NCBI GenBank assembly: GCA_008369845.1
Contig: MRSU01008064.1
Coordinates: 1 to 53,922 of the forward strand
Reading direction: 5' to 3'
Length of the DNA stretch: 53,922 nt
From: Trichomonas gallinae
Lineage: Eukaryota
The notes under the pieces are model-generated. The model was not told where the DNA came from. It saw nothing but the letters and a program-made list of their open reading frames with translations, and did no database searches. Positions 10,101 through 18,450 of this stretch are shown here, one piece after another. The number at the start of each line of letters is the position of its first letter. Position 1 is the first letter of the stretch. The position numbers and the translations under genes are program-made.

Positions 10101-12565
10101 ATTTCTTCAAGAGGAACAAGAAGGCCAAAGAACACAAAGCAGATCTAAATGTTTCATCACCAGAACTTTCCGGAAAGGCTGATCTCCACGTTGATGCTAC
10201 AAGGGCAGAAATTTCAGCACCAGAGAAAGTCCCAAGTTCTCCGAAGACAGAAATTTCAACACCATCAATCGGTGGTGGGGTTGCCATGCCATCTGTTGAT
10301 ATCAAATCCCCTAAGGCAAATATCGAAGCGCCAAAGGCAGAAATCCAAGTCAACTCTTCGTCTCCCCACGACATTAATATCAATGCTCCAAAGGCAGATT
10401 TCACAGTACCATCAACTGGCGATGAGTTCAGTATTAGTAAACCACATCTCGATGTCAATGCTCCCAAGGCAGAAATCAAAGTCCCAAGTGTTTCATCTCC
10501 ACGCAGAGCTTTTGTTATCAGTGCTCCCCAGGCTGTTGTATCAACACCAGAAATCGCAAAAATCAATGCTCCAAAGGTTGAATCTCCAAAGTCCAATATT
10601 TCTGCAGCTGATCTTGAAGCGGATATCAAGAAGTCATCTCTTGATGTCGATGCTCCAAAGTCCCGTGCTACCGACAATGAATCTGATGAAGAATCATCAT
10701 CTTCTTCATCGGTGTCATCAGAGAAGAAGAAGAAGTGCGAATGGAATTTCTTCAAGAGAAACAAGAAGGCGAAAGAAGACAAAATCTCATCAGCAGACAA
10801 ATCTGGAAATATTTCAACAAATGTCGAAGCGCCAAAGGCAGAATTTTCTACACCTTCAATTGGTGATGGAGTTGCGATGCCATATGTTGGCGAAGAAGTC
10901 AACATTGACATACCACATCATAAAGCAAACATCGAAGAGTCAAAGGCAGAAATCAAAGTCGATGATTCATCTCAACACGGCAAAGCAGATTCACCTATGC
11001 TTGATGCTAATATCAATGCCCCGAAAGCAGAAATTTCAACGCCATCAGTCAGTGGAAGCGTCAAAGCCAGAAGTGTTAAGGAGAGGAAAGTTCCAGCAAT
11101 CGATATTAATCAAAACATTGGCGATGAATTTGAAGATAAACGAAAACTGCCAGCGAACTTCGAAGAGGCAATTTTCCAGCCAGAAGAAGTCTCGCAAACC
11201 GAATCAGACACAGAGTCGAAATCGATGGAGACCTACAACATCTATATTCAGCCAAAGACCTCAACAACAAAACCAGAAACACCAAAGACACCACCAAAAA
11301 CCTCCGAATTCAACGAAGATCTTGAAATACCAAAGCCACAAGATGAGTTTATATTTGGTGCTGCACAGGATCAGGTTGAAAGCGAATTCGGCTCTCCTAA
11401 ATTCCACGAAAATCCATCAATTTATCAGAGTCCAAGGAGATTCAGGCATAGCAGAGACTTCAGCCAGATGTCCGAAGATTTCGAAAGGACTGATCCATTC
11501 TCAAATGACAGCGAAGTTAAATCTAGAGCAATTCAGCAGAAATATGATGATCTGCAATTCAGCCCAGAAAAAGTTTCTGATGCAACAAATAACCAGCAAA
11601 CTCCAAAGAAGTCTGAGAAGGTTATTGACATTTTCTACTCGCCAAGCTACACTCCATCAAGAGATGCACCAAAGATCGACGTTCATAGTCCGTCTGAACA
11701 AAAGATCGAGCGTGAGGAACCCAAAGACAAGAAGCACAATAAAGAGTCCAAAGACAAGAAGCACCAAAAGCATAAGAGCAAGAAAGACACATCAAACAAT
11801 GATGAAACACCAAAGATCAAAGATGTTTCCAATGTTGACGAAACGCCAAAGGCTAAGGAATCATCGAATGTTGTTGATACTCCGAAGACTTCTGAACCGG
11901 AGAAGGAGAAGAAGCACCACCATCATCATAAGAAGCATCATGCATTGGATCCTGACTTCAAGATGGAATCACCCAAAGCACCAGTTAGCGCATTCAAGCC
12001 GAAGAAGAAGATCACACTCAACAGGAAGTATCTGTTCAACGACGAAGTTGACGATGAACCGCCTATTAAATCGAAAGGCAAAGAAACATCCAAGCCATCC
12101 ACTCCAGTTGCTTCAGCCGAAAAGAAGACGACACAAAAAACAAAGAAGTTTTCTGAGTTGCCGAAGAAGACAACAGAAGAACCGAAGAAGATAGTAAAGG
12201 AAGTCAAGAAGGTTAAAGAAGAACCAAAGACAGAATCACAAATCACAAAGAAGGCGACAGAAGAGCCGAAGAAGGTTACAGTGGAAGCTAAGAAAGAAGA
12301 ACCGCCAAGCAGTCCAGTGAAGAAGAGGAGCAAGTTCTTGATTTCAGATTCAAGTTCAGACGACGGCTGGAAGAAGAGTCATAAGAAGAGCAGCAAAATA
12401 TCAGTATCATTCTCAGGATCAAATGATGACAGAAAGAAGAAGAATAAGAGTAAGTTCCTAGAATCAGATTCATCAGATGATGGAAAGAGAAAGAAGAAGA
12501 AGAGCATTTCAAGGTCAAAGAAAACAGGAAGCAAATACTTACAAGGAGATTCATCTGACGAATGA
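1127..12565 (+). CDS. Giant 3812-aa protein: RasGAP-like domain, long AHNAK/periaxin-like Pro-Lys repeat region, Lys/Ser-rich tail
   Basis: Uninterrupted 11.4-kb ORF. Residues ~235-555 resemble RasGAP ('EIEVETL..KSTIFKGN', 'FVVNPAKL', 'LPETL', 'SSFIFVKFIIPAF', 'KGPYFEPYNDF'). Dozens of D(I/V)NAPKAE(I/F)S-type repeats follow. Confidence 0.85.
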   Translation: MHGYMPATGIKRKPELKQGLPFALKDIQYEEDEEFLQDVNYDLLSRNRQYTQYATPEASESTSATDNHRYEIPIAEKQSPISKIRLKNKHSDKKRYKNERNGYIMSSDDCEYDESKDTDYSYSKTKNNNDSSSEMDYSSTETKNKASGHSGNNGNDDGYSYTKRKSKDRKYSDTQKEHTSDMNNAQNDQVNQNEAENIQSRDIQEIEPKELTIDMIHPHQTYDIPMSDQDEFNVKTLDEYTLIDLMLDCNFSMFQHILNDIDNSRYEFLAKASLDAAILSNKTYSFFARMVEIEVETLTMENKSTIFKGNAVPALVIGAWPKIVARKWLTTVLRPAFDFIIAFISQGDGFVVNPAKLPPGQNLEHNKQNFRVILTKCVQSILDGQVSLPETLVYAAQIIVEKVCKKLGECSYSILSSFIFVKFIIPAFSATQLVGYPPITPGPLKDALIQTAAIIVASVLKGNLDDKGPYFEPYNDFAKWTYDSINQMYREIVTKDVLGRPPNVKVDELKTIVAIHTEAWPIINKLEQEVKQMIDATESANGQLFIAMLRAMGPPPYSGKILQVGDLKVNITTPKVPSMSEGSAPIFDDDEFGNPEFDDSDDVFGPPEAGYHRKALSYSRSTPLYKDSFDQDSTDSSSSSSPQPLTRKRSWSIFRRNKSDKDDEKPKEVKEEKAAASTVTPRIEGRPPRPDGKSPKFATPSKEVEKPAIKTDEVNTPVVVSVAQPVDAFPETHAKEDENAFKVDAKALHEESLTPGFGVNPPAVVEREILQPENEFEISAEKPSLDVMAEANTNLPKGEMLVPTIEVQPDVEEINISKREVSAPEISVAADVEKPSLDTPVVSVPHGEENLTSEITTPKLIGDLLEPKVDTSKPELNTDEFDIKAPHVEANYKANVEEPQVDADIKAEIPSHGFGIKTQSVTVPHNESEFEVKLPIHGVSVPNVSSSHNENFNVKVESPRTEFSTPNMEYTAPKMEFSAPQAEVSSSKIEFSTPKTEYTAPKSEFSVPSAEISSPKTEFTEPKSEFSTPSAGISAPKTEFSTPNIEYSAPKTEFCVPSAEYTAPKAGFSVPSAEYSAPKSEFSTPSADILAPKTEFSSPNSEYTYPKIEFSTPKPEVSTPKSDLSALNTEYIAPKAEFSVPQAEYSAPKSEFSTPSAEYSAPKTEFSAPNLEYTAPKSEFSVPKVEHPQLQTEFSTPKIEMAELKSEFSAPKAEFSPPKTVPNVEISISTPGIAIGECAELHPTTSIGSEFNVKSPNIVSHAAEISAPELSTNLTHDNAIDANIEHPQIEFNAPKPEISSPVHDSGRIITGLTSEISSQEIQIETTELSAPQIKANSRIDINEQNADFKAPHSEISVPGFEANIPRGRAGFEIESPHRDIKTEMPEVSVPGFGEPRLEVAPKSEISIPEFEEPKTDVSIPQIGLDANINAPSLSAPQLDDNYAVNITEPKVEDHKAEFSVPGFDANAPHGGESIYIKAEALSTRFEGPRLDINAPKVEISSPEFELNESIESPKADFSMPTVSASIKAPMDELSTPAIDVPHVNAIAPKSEISMPEIEELKTDISAPRIEIDSPNVSAQIKAPTGEISAPSFEEPHVDVVAPKTEFNLNENIEGPKTDISAPRIDAFNIGIDTPSVSAPHEDAQFKLNTLPPKIDFNAPKTEMSAPDVNIENIKTPSVEVPTQEIDIVSPQDKIGFGAECTNPTLSVQKPEISVPEIDIKSPSVSIPHGEVMPTAVLPELSANVEVPKVEAPKTDVFMPGLDVKAPHGDFSADIKPPHSEAVDLNAPNTDITLPHPHGEAGFGADVDALVTEISTQEIRIPEKSIGGENNMPVIDVSMPSVCAPHREAGFGLDVDVNAPKGEISTSQFEKPSFNAIAPLPEPPSEIDINAPSVSVTRDIFGLDDETPSINVPETEFHHEERAGFGIDTPAAQFSPHEIGISELPKAESPKVDVFLPELGLIAAQPSLDLNALSVTAPPAESNFGLDLSAPSVELNTPKIESPKTDIFLPELGLNAPSVSAPPAESGFGIELTTPNAELNAPEVFIPELGLNSPSISAPPANSTIGADLNAPKGDVFMPELGIIAPKAEASAPEIPAFDDVSVDTPKLNFNASEFNDDATGPRVEISQPEIGFNAPKAQTPSSDVSAQNISAPHREADFNLNHETHKLDIYAPKVEVSQPLFGFNSNIEKPTTELSGSETGLDDNAPKINATAPFVGLPELSVKENIEVPKDQAILPEIAVIPNAGTVPKSPSTDINAGFGADIISSGLGFDNRIEEPSIAASMPEISTGLNVEVPVVSTPELGIDANAEKPEISFNTPAVSSSQIDASVSKPGFGFEAPHGESEFNLDVDINAPKTDISTPGFGINGPNIVARDIVHDEADFEMAAEKPSIDINAPSDDGGLDVNSPKIGIKSPKLQAGGESDESSSSDSSEKKKKRKWNIFKRKMKSKQDKAKVKGDINIPTPDVNVEIPKAEVSAPEISAVSHKAKVDAENPSSDFNDPEIKSPSVSTPHIENCFGINVNAPEKPKNSAPDFDADIKADKPHINTRSPEAEFSTPVVDINAPNVSAQKPYLDFNAPNISAPHADAAFDVNPPKAEISTPSLDINESIEVPKPEITMASVSKPHLDSPEAKMSAPEIEINTPSVSLSQGEAGFKHNIDHVSSPKAEISTPGISTNFETPKAENSPIFDANAERPNLDTPMAEVSVPGIGINPPNVSAPKVETGLDIDVNVPKVAVRVPKSRASDEESSSSISSEDKEMKRKWNFFNRNEKATENKISSPGISGKVAANVEVPKVEAKSSEAEISAPDIAMGPPHGTGNFEVNAEKPTIDINAPKAEISTPSIGGDINAPKADITVPSTGDEFGISKPHLDVNAPKAEIKVPSVSSPHRDVDIKAPNAEISASEISSINTPQSNISTAGLDVIAEKPSLDVNAPSVSSPHSEPNIDINAPKADVSAPKIESPKIDVKVPKSRASNEESSDSSDDRKKKHKWDFFKRNKKAKEHKADLNVSSPELSGKADLHVDATRAEISAPEKVPSSPKTEISTPSIGGGVAMPSVDIKSPKANIEAPKAEIQVNSSSPHDININAPKADFTVPSTGDEFSISKPHLDVNAPKAEIKVPSVSSPRRAFVISAPQAVVSTPEIAKINAPKVESPKSNISAADLEADIKKSSLDVDAPKSRATDNESDEESSSSSSVSSEKKKKCEWNFFKRNKKAKEDKISSADKSGNISTNVEAPKAEFSTPSIGDGVAMPYVGEEVNIDIPHHKANIEESKAEIKVDDSSQHGKADSPMLDANINAPKAEISTPSVSGSVKARSVKERKVPAIDINQNIGDEFEDKRKLPANFEEAIFQPEEVSQTESDTESKSMETYNIYIQPKTSTTKPETPKTPPKTSEFNEDLEIPKPQDEFIFGAAQDQVESEFGSPKFHENPSIYQSPRRFRHSRDFSQMSEDFERTDPFSNDSEVKSRAIQQKYDDLQFSPEKVSDATNNQQTPKKSEKVIDIFYSPSYTPSRDAPKIDVHSPSEQKIEREEPKDKKHNKESKDKKHQKHKSKKDTSNNDETPKIKDVSNVDETPKAKESSNVVDTPKTSEPEKEKKHHHHHKKHHALDPDFKMESPKAPVSAFKPKKKITLNRKYLFNDEVDDEPPIKSKGKETSKPSTPVASAEKKTTQKTKKFSELPKKTTEEPKKIVKEVKKVKEEPKTESQITKKATEEPKKVTVEAKKEEPPSSPVKKRSKFLISDSSSDDGWKKSHKKSSKISVSFSGSNDDRKKKNKSKFLESDSSDDGKRKKKKSISRSKKTGSKYLQGDSSDE
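3997..4785 (+). repeat. Coding minisatellite with 21/42-bp period (PKTEFST/PSAEYSA-type 7/14-aa units)
   Basis: Repeated ccaaa(g/a)NcagaRttttc units. Translation shows a strict 7-aa periodicity (APKTEFSTPNIEYS...). Confidence 0.9.
9663..10507 (+). repeat. Internal direct duplication of ~131 bp (9663-9793 and 10377-10507)
   Basis: Both copies encode INAPKADxTVPSTGDEFxISKPHLDVNAPKAEIKVPSVSSP. About 4 mismatches by eye; offset is 714 bp (in frame). Confidence 0.9.
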
Positions 12566-13034
12566 GCCTATACAATTGCGATATATATATGTTTGTTTGT
12601 AAATAATTTGTATTAGTATATTATTAACAATGAAAAATTATTTTTGTAATATCAATAATAAGCATGAATAACATACAAATTTTTTCATCATTAATTGAAT
12701 TTTGAATTATATTTTGATATATTGATCATTCGATTTAAAATCAATACAGATTATATTTCGCATATTTTTCTTTATTATTTTTTGATTTTATTTATAGAGC
12801 ATTTTAAATATAGTGCAACATACTAATTTAATTAGTTTATCATCATGATAACAGTTTTAATATCAATTAAATCAAAATTGTCTGTGAATTGTCCTTATAT
12901 TTTTATTGGTATTGAAATATTATCATCAAAGAATCATTTTTGAAACGTAATTATATGAGAAAAAATGAAATATATAATATGGTGGGCTCATTTATTAAAT
13001 AATATTTTTGATGTGCTAAGTAGTTTTTATTTTG

Positions 13035-14078
13035 ATGCTGAAGACGAAAAACGAAAATTATCGAGATATATGCCAAGAAAACGACGAGGAATCATCTCAA
13101 GAGTTAGAATTCGACATTGATTGGCCTGGATTGAGCGAAGATATTGCGATTCAAGGATTGAATGAAGAAACATTAGAAAAACTAATGTATTTGTTCAATA
13201 AATACAATGAGTTTCGCATTGAATTCGATGATTCAATGATCAGAACCTTAATGGAGCTTGCTGAGGATTCGAATAATGAAATTGTTAATTTAGTTGCGGA
13301 AATTGCAGTACATGACAATAGAGTTATCAATTATTTGATAAGCCATGAACGAAAAATGCATGTTGATTACATTGGAATGCTAATTGGAAAATCAGGATAT
13401 TTTCTTGATGAAAATTGCATTGATCTCATTGAATACGAGTTGAATTCCAACTCAATACTAGCCATTTGCACAACAATTATAGGCATGTCTATTGCTTTTA
13501 TCAAATCAGGTTGCGAAAAAACTTGGGTTCAAGATCTTTTCTTCAAATACTTCGACATCATCAAAACGATCGAACTTGATGCAGTTGTTTCTTCAGTATT
13601 TGAATTATTACGATTTTTCGATAAGAATCTTTATTCGCCTGCAATAGAGCAGTACGTTTTCGAACATTTTGAAATGAATTCAATGACTATTTACGCCGGA
13701 TCTTATATTGCTAGCAAATGTGAGCATTCATGGGAAAAAGTTGGAAATCAAATGTTGCTATTTCATTTGTATTGCAAAAACGATTCCTATTTAACAAAAG
13801 TTGGTAGTTTGTTAATTTACAAAACATTTATCAATAAGAATCTTAATCCTGATCAATATAAGATTATTATTGATCGAGCTCTTGACATGGCAAGTGATGA
13901 ATACTACAGGAAAATTGCTCTGAAGCTATTAATTGAGATTGTAGCTCAAGATTGCGTTCCAAGAGAAAGTTATTTAAATTATATCGAATATTTCCATGAA
14001 ATTGCTTCATCATCCGACGATACCGTAGCTGAATTGGCTGTTTTCTTGATCAAATTCATCCAAAATGAATCTGAGTAA
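13035..14078 (+). CDS. Hypothetical alpha-helical (ARM/HEAT-like) protein
   Basis: 347-aa ORF from the ATG at 13035 with helical amphipathic patterning. No recognisable catalytic motif. Confidence 0.75.
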   Translation: MLKTKNENYRDICQENDEESSQELEFDIDWPGLSEDIAIQGLNEETLEKLMYLFNKYNEFRIEFDDSMIRTLMELAEDSNNEIVNLVAEIAVHDNRVINYLISHERKMHVDYIGMLIGKSGYFLDENCIDLIEYELNSNSILAICTTIIGMSIAFIKSGCEKTWVQDLFFKYFDIIKTIELDAVVSSVFELLRFFDKNLYSPAIEQYVFEHFEMNSMTIYAGSYIASKCEHSWEKVGNQMLLFHLYCKNDSYLTKVGSLLIYKTFINKNLNPDQYKIIIDRALDMASDEYYRKIALKLLIEIVAQDCVPRESYLNYIEYFHEIASSSDDTVAELAVFLIKFIQNESE

Positions 14079-14195
14079 TAAGAGATGCTTACTTTTTTGA
14101 AAATCTAACATATTTTACATGTCAAAATATGCCTTGTAAACTAAATAAAATGTCATGTAAATCTATGATTTTAAATTTTTAAACGTACACTAAAA

Positions 14196-16589
14196 ATGGA
14201 ATCGATTTTTGAGCCAATATCTCAAATAATCGAACGATCTGATCCAAACTCGACAGAGATTATTAATGATGTTGTGACAAATTTCATAACTTCATTCACT
14301 TTTACCTCGAAATCATTGACTTTGTCGAATAACGATCCTGAATTTGTAAGATTAATTAGAAATTTAGCAAAATTAATGATTAGAACTCAAATAACAGAAG
14401 AAGATTGTCTCGCTGTGAAAATATTACGTTTCTTTATCAAATTATGCAAATTACCACATTTTTCGTCATTGATTAGACACGAAATTAACTTCGATTTACT
14501 CATAAATATCATTTTTCATGAAGAATCTTTACAAGTAGAGTCGTTATACATGGAATATTTCCATTTTCTTTCGTTATTAACAATAAATACAATTCCAATC
14601 ATAGCAAACAGATCAACATTTGATATAATTTTCAGAACAGTTTTCGCCTGCTTACAAGTTAAGCAAACACAGTATTGGACATTAATTTTCATTAATAATA
14701 TTGCGAGAAATTCAAGAGAGTTCATGAAATACTTAAGAATGAAACATGAATTCAATCCATTCAAGAGAATCATCAATGATTTATTAATTTGCGAAGATCG
14801 AAATTTAATTGGAGCTGCTTTTGCTGCAGCAACTGCTCTATCACCAATTACTGAAGATTTCCAGACAGCGTATACTGCAGCGCAGAAATTATGCGAAACA
14901 GATCAACCAAAAGAATTATATTTGTGCACATTGTCGCAAGCTATTTTAGCTATTGAAAAAGACAATGGTATCAATAGTGCTTTATACTGCACTCTATTTA
15001 ACACCTTATCACGATCATATGGAATTGATTCAGCTGAAACTGCAAATTCAATGGCACAAATGAGCTCAAAGTACTGTGAACAACTTACAAAAGAAGAAAT
15101 AAGAGATTTTGTCTTCAAATTAATTACAATTCAAGATGGATTTGTTTCATTAGCAAACTGTGGCTTATTATACAAATTAGTTGATGCTGTTCCAGAATAC
15201 ATCTCAAAACTTGCAGATCCATTTGAGCTATTCAACATAGCTTTGCAAAATTTTATGAGATCAGATTCTTCCATTACATCAACTGAAACGTATCAATCAT
15301 GGCTTTATGTTATGAGACTGTTCTTAAATTCGCCAGGAATTAAGGACAAAATTGTTGTTGCATTATCTGATAATCAAAATTATATTTTTAATGAATTTGA
15401 ACGCAGAATAACAACAGAAGATGCTGCACTGAGTGCTTCTTATTTCCATTTCCTTATGGAGGCATCGTTAATATTAACAGGATGGACACAGAGATTGAAA
15501 CAAATAATAGTTAACTCAAAATTCGCTTCTTTATTATCTATTTCTCTGTTGACATCAAACAACAAGCGAGAAATATCCAGCGCGCTCTTAGCTGTTCAGC
15601 TGCTACTGACAGACTCTTCAACACAATATATTTTCTTCGAGCAAATTACAGATTCAATTTACAAAATGAATTCCAAGGCATATCTACCTGTTGAGAACAT
15701 GGAAGATGCACTCAGAAAAGAGCAAAAGACAAGAGAAATAGAAATAACAGATTACACGCTGAAAAACATTAATTATGAAAAAACAATCGAAGAAATGAAG
15801 AAGAAATATTATATATCACAGAAAACGATATCAAAGCATGAAAATACAATACACGAACTATCAAGAATCAAAGAGATAAATGATGATAACTTGAAACATA
15901 AAGATGATGTGATTGCTGAGTTAAATAAGAAGAATGAAAAATTACTCGAACAAATCGAAATATCTAAAGAAAATAGCGTGAAACTTGCTAAGAAGATCCA
16001 ATATTACAAGAAGAGACTGACAGTCATAGATGAATGTTTGAATGAAAATCAACTACTAAAGAGCCAAAATGAAATATTAAACAAGAAAGTTCAAACACTT
16101 CTAACAAACACAGGAACAATAGAAGCTCAGTTAGAAAAGTTCAAACAATCATTTGACGCTCAAAATAAGAAATATATTGCTTCTGCTAAGAAGATTGCTG
16201 ACCTTGAAGTCCAGCTCGAGCAAACCACAAAGAGAAATGCGTTCTTGGAGAAAGATTTAGCAGGAAGTGTTAAAATGAATGAGAAACAAAAAGTTGATAT
16301 TATTCAGCTGTCGGCACAAAGAGATGAATGGATGAACAAAGCAAACAAGTTTGAGGAGCTCAATCAAGCAATTACAATAGAAAACAATCATCTCAAAGAA
16401 TCAATAGAACATAACACAACAATGAATCAGTCTCTTACAAAGCAGATAGAAATTCTTCAACAATCTGTTGAAACACTCAAGAAAGAAAACAAGAAGCTTT
16501 GCGGCTATGTGTGCTTTGATAATCGTGTTATTAAAGCACAGAAGCAAACCGTTGAAAAGATTATCACTGTTCACAATAATAATCAATGA
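14196..16589 (+). CDS. Protein with N-terminal ARM-like helical region and C-terminal coiled coil (CIP2A-like architecture)
   Basis: 797-aa ORF with a hydrophobic helical N-terminal ~490 aa and a K/E/Q-rich heptad tail. The family label rests on architecture only. Confidence 0.75.
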   Translation: MESIFEPISQIIERSDPNSTEIINDVVTNFITSFTFTSKSLTLSNNDPEFVRLIRNLAKLMIRTQITEEDCLAVKILRFFIKLCKLPHFSSLIRHEINFDLLINIIFHEESLQVESLYMEYFHFLSLLTINTIPIIANRSTFDIIFRTVFACLQVKQTQYWTLIFINNIARNSREFMKYLRMKHEFNPFKRIINDLLICEDRNLIGAAFAAATALSPITEDFQTAYTAAQKLCETDQPKELYLCTLSQAILAIEKDNGINSALYCTLFNTLSRSYGIDSAETANSMAQMSSKYCEQLTKEEIRDFVFKLITIQDGFVSLANCGLLYKLVDAVPEYISKLADPFELFNIALQNFMRSDSSITSTETYQSWLYVMRLFLNSPGIKDKIVVALSDNQNYIFNEFERRITTEDAALSASYFHFLMEASLILTGWTQRLKQIIVNSKFASLLSISLLTSNNKREISSALLAVQLLLTDSSTQYIFFEQITDSIYKMNSKAYLPVENMEDALRKEQKTREIEITDYTLKNINYEKTIEEMKKKYYISQKTISKHENTIHELSRIKEINDDNLKHKDDVIAELNKKNEKLLEQIEISKENSVKLAKKIQYYKKRLTVIDECLNENQLLKSQNEILNKKVQTLLTNTGTIEAQLEKFKQSFDAQNKKYIASAKKIADLEVQLEQTTKRNAFLEKDLAGSVKMNEKQKVDIIQLSAQRDEWMNKANKFEELNQAITIENNHLKESIEHNTTMNQSLTKQIEILQQSVETLKKENKKLCGYVCFDNRVIKAQKQTVEKIITVHNNNQ

Positions 16590-17279
16590 AAATAAAAATA
16601 TATTTTGTTTTGCGTATGTTTTTAAAAATACAACTATTTACAGAATGAATGACCATCCAAAGCCAATGGATTGCAGACTTAAATTCTATCTTAAATAATA
16701 TTTTTCAGATTTACTGCAACTCTTTAACCATATATTCGGGAGAAACATCATTATTAAAAAATGTAATTTACTACATAAACTAGTAGAAAAATACAGAAAT
16801 TAGAGCAAATGTTGTTATTTGAGAAGATAACTCAAGATTAAAAATAATGAATAATAAATTTTCTTAAAATAATCATACAGAATTACAATCCATCTAGAAG
16901 AGACATAATTGAATTTAGATTTCAAGCGAGATCAACAGAAGGCATCATCTATGAGGCATGAACAGTCTCACAGGTTCCCTTCACACTCTTTATCTCTAAA
17001 ATTTAGTATTTAAGTTCACAATGCAGTATAACACTCATTTCAAAAAGTGGCAGAAATGGAGGTGCTTCCCCTGTATAAAGTACCACTTTTTGAACATTTT
17101 ACATGTCAAATATGACGTATAAACTCGTCACTTTTCGTGACGAATTCCCATTCAGAACAATTGCGATTTTTCTCATTCCATTGAAATGCGACATTTTAAA
17201 GATTCATTCGATATTGAATTCTTAGTTCAAGTTATAAAGTATACATTTTCATATCGAAAACTTTACCATCATTCCAGCA

Positions 17280-17900
17280 TTAGAGAATTTTTGCAATACT
17301 ATATGAATTCTGTACTCCAAATTCTACTTTCAGCAGCAAAAATCGAGTTTGAATTTGATGCAATAATTTGTGATGAAATTGGTCTTAGAAAATTCAAAAA
17401 AAGTGTTTCATTTAGGTGAGATTATGAATATTATTTGGATTTGAGCGAACATACAGTTGCAATAAACGATTCCCCTCAACTTTTGATCATCATCATTAAT
17501 CAATCTGTGAGTAGAATCAACATGAAAAAGGTTACGACTGTATAAAAAAACATGGTTGCATGAGGTGCATGTAGAGTGATAATTTCGAAAAATATAGTTG
17601 AATTTTTAATCTTCAACATTTGAAGATTGGTTTCTTATTGATAACAAGATGAGGAAATCAGATAAAACTAAATTTTCATTAATACCTATTTTACAGTCTA
17701 TATAGAAGTTGGAAAATTTCAATCCAATTATTTCCATAATTCAATTATTGCAATCGACTTTTGAAAGCGAATCCCTTTCATAATATTTAATAAAGATTTT
17801 CGATGAACTTTTCACGCTCCACTTTGCGTTCAAATGCCATAACGATATTCAAGAATTCAATTTTCATTTACTCGCAGTTATTACAAGAAATGGTGATAAC
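17280..17900 (-). pseudogene. Possible Mutator (MULE)-like transposase remnant
   Basis: Frameshifted minus-strand fragments: 'FHVDSTHRLI...GIVY/ATVCSLKSK' (~17527-17430) and 'NETLFLNFLRPISSQIIASNSNSIFAAESRIWSTEFIVYC' (~17411-17293). These follow the order of MULE core blocks. Highly degenerate. Confidence 0.35.
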
Positions 17901-18450
17901 TTTCTAACTCAGGTTCGATATAAATGCGCTGAACGATTCGAAAGTTACAGTAAATCTGTATCAAATTCATCTGATACTCCTCCACAAATTATTGTTGCCG
18001 ATAATTGAATCCAAATGAATACCTATTTAGGTCTTTATATTTGTTTTAAATCAAAAACACAAGAACGTAATGAAGTAATGTATGGTGCTTGAAAAAGGAT
18101 CTTTGACATTATGTCAGATTTGTCACAATACAGATTAATGCTTATTTCATCTTGAACCTTTTTTGTCTGTGGAATCTTTTCTAAACATCCTTTGTAATCA
18201 TCGTGATCATTTGTAATTAACCTTGAATTAGGAAACTTTCTTTTTCATAAAGCATCAAATAAGTCTACAAAATTTTTTGAATCTGGGGAGTTCAGACGTA
18301 GACCCAAATGTCGTCGAATTCAGTTGGTCTGAACCTGGACTGTTTGCGCCATACGAATTCGATGTCAATATCTGAATCTATGGATGAAGATTTTCCGTTA
18401 GTAATGGTTTCTGCTCCATCTCAATCTTTCTGGCGAACTTCCTCTTCGTC

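Noticed and set aside
8830..12194. Very long overlapping ORFs (693 aa antisense; 221 and 681 aa in a shifted sense frame) inside the giant gene
   Set aside because: Expected shadows of a repetitive P/K/E/A/S-rich sequence with biased codons that rarely create off-frame stops. The translations are low-complexity with no domain signal.
17995..18035. Similarity of NRYSFGFNYR to NRY../FLFNYR at 32939-32970, suggesting the left parts of both islands are homologous
   Set aside because: Only ~30 AT-rich bases match and the flanks do not align. The two regions better resemble different transposase families.
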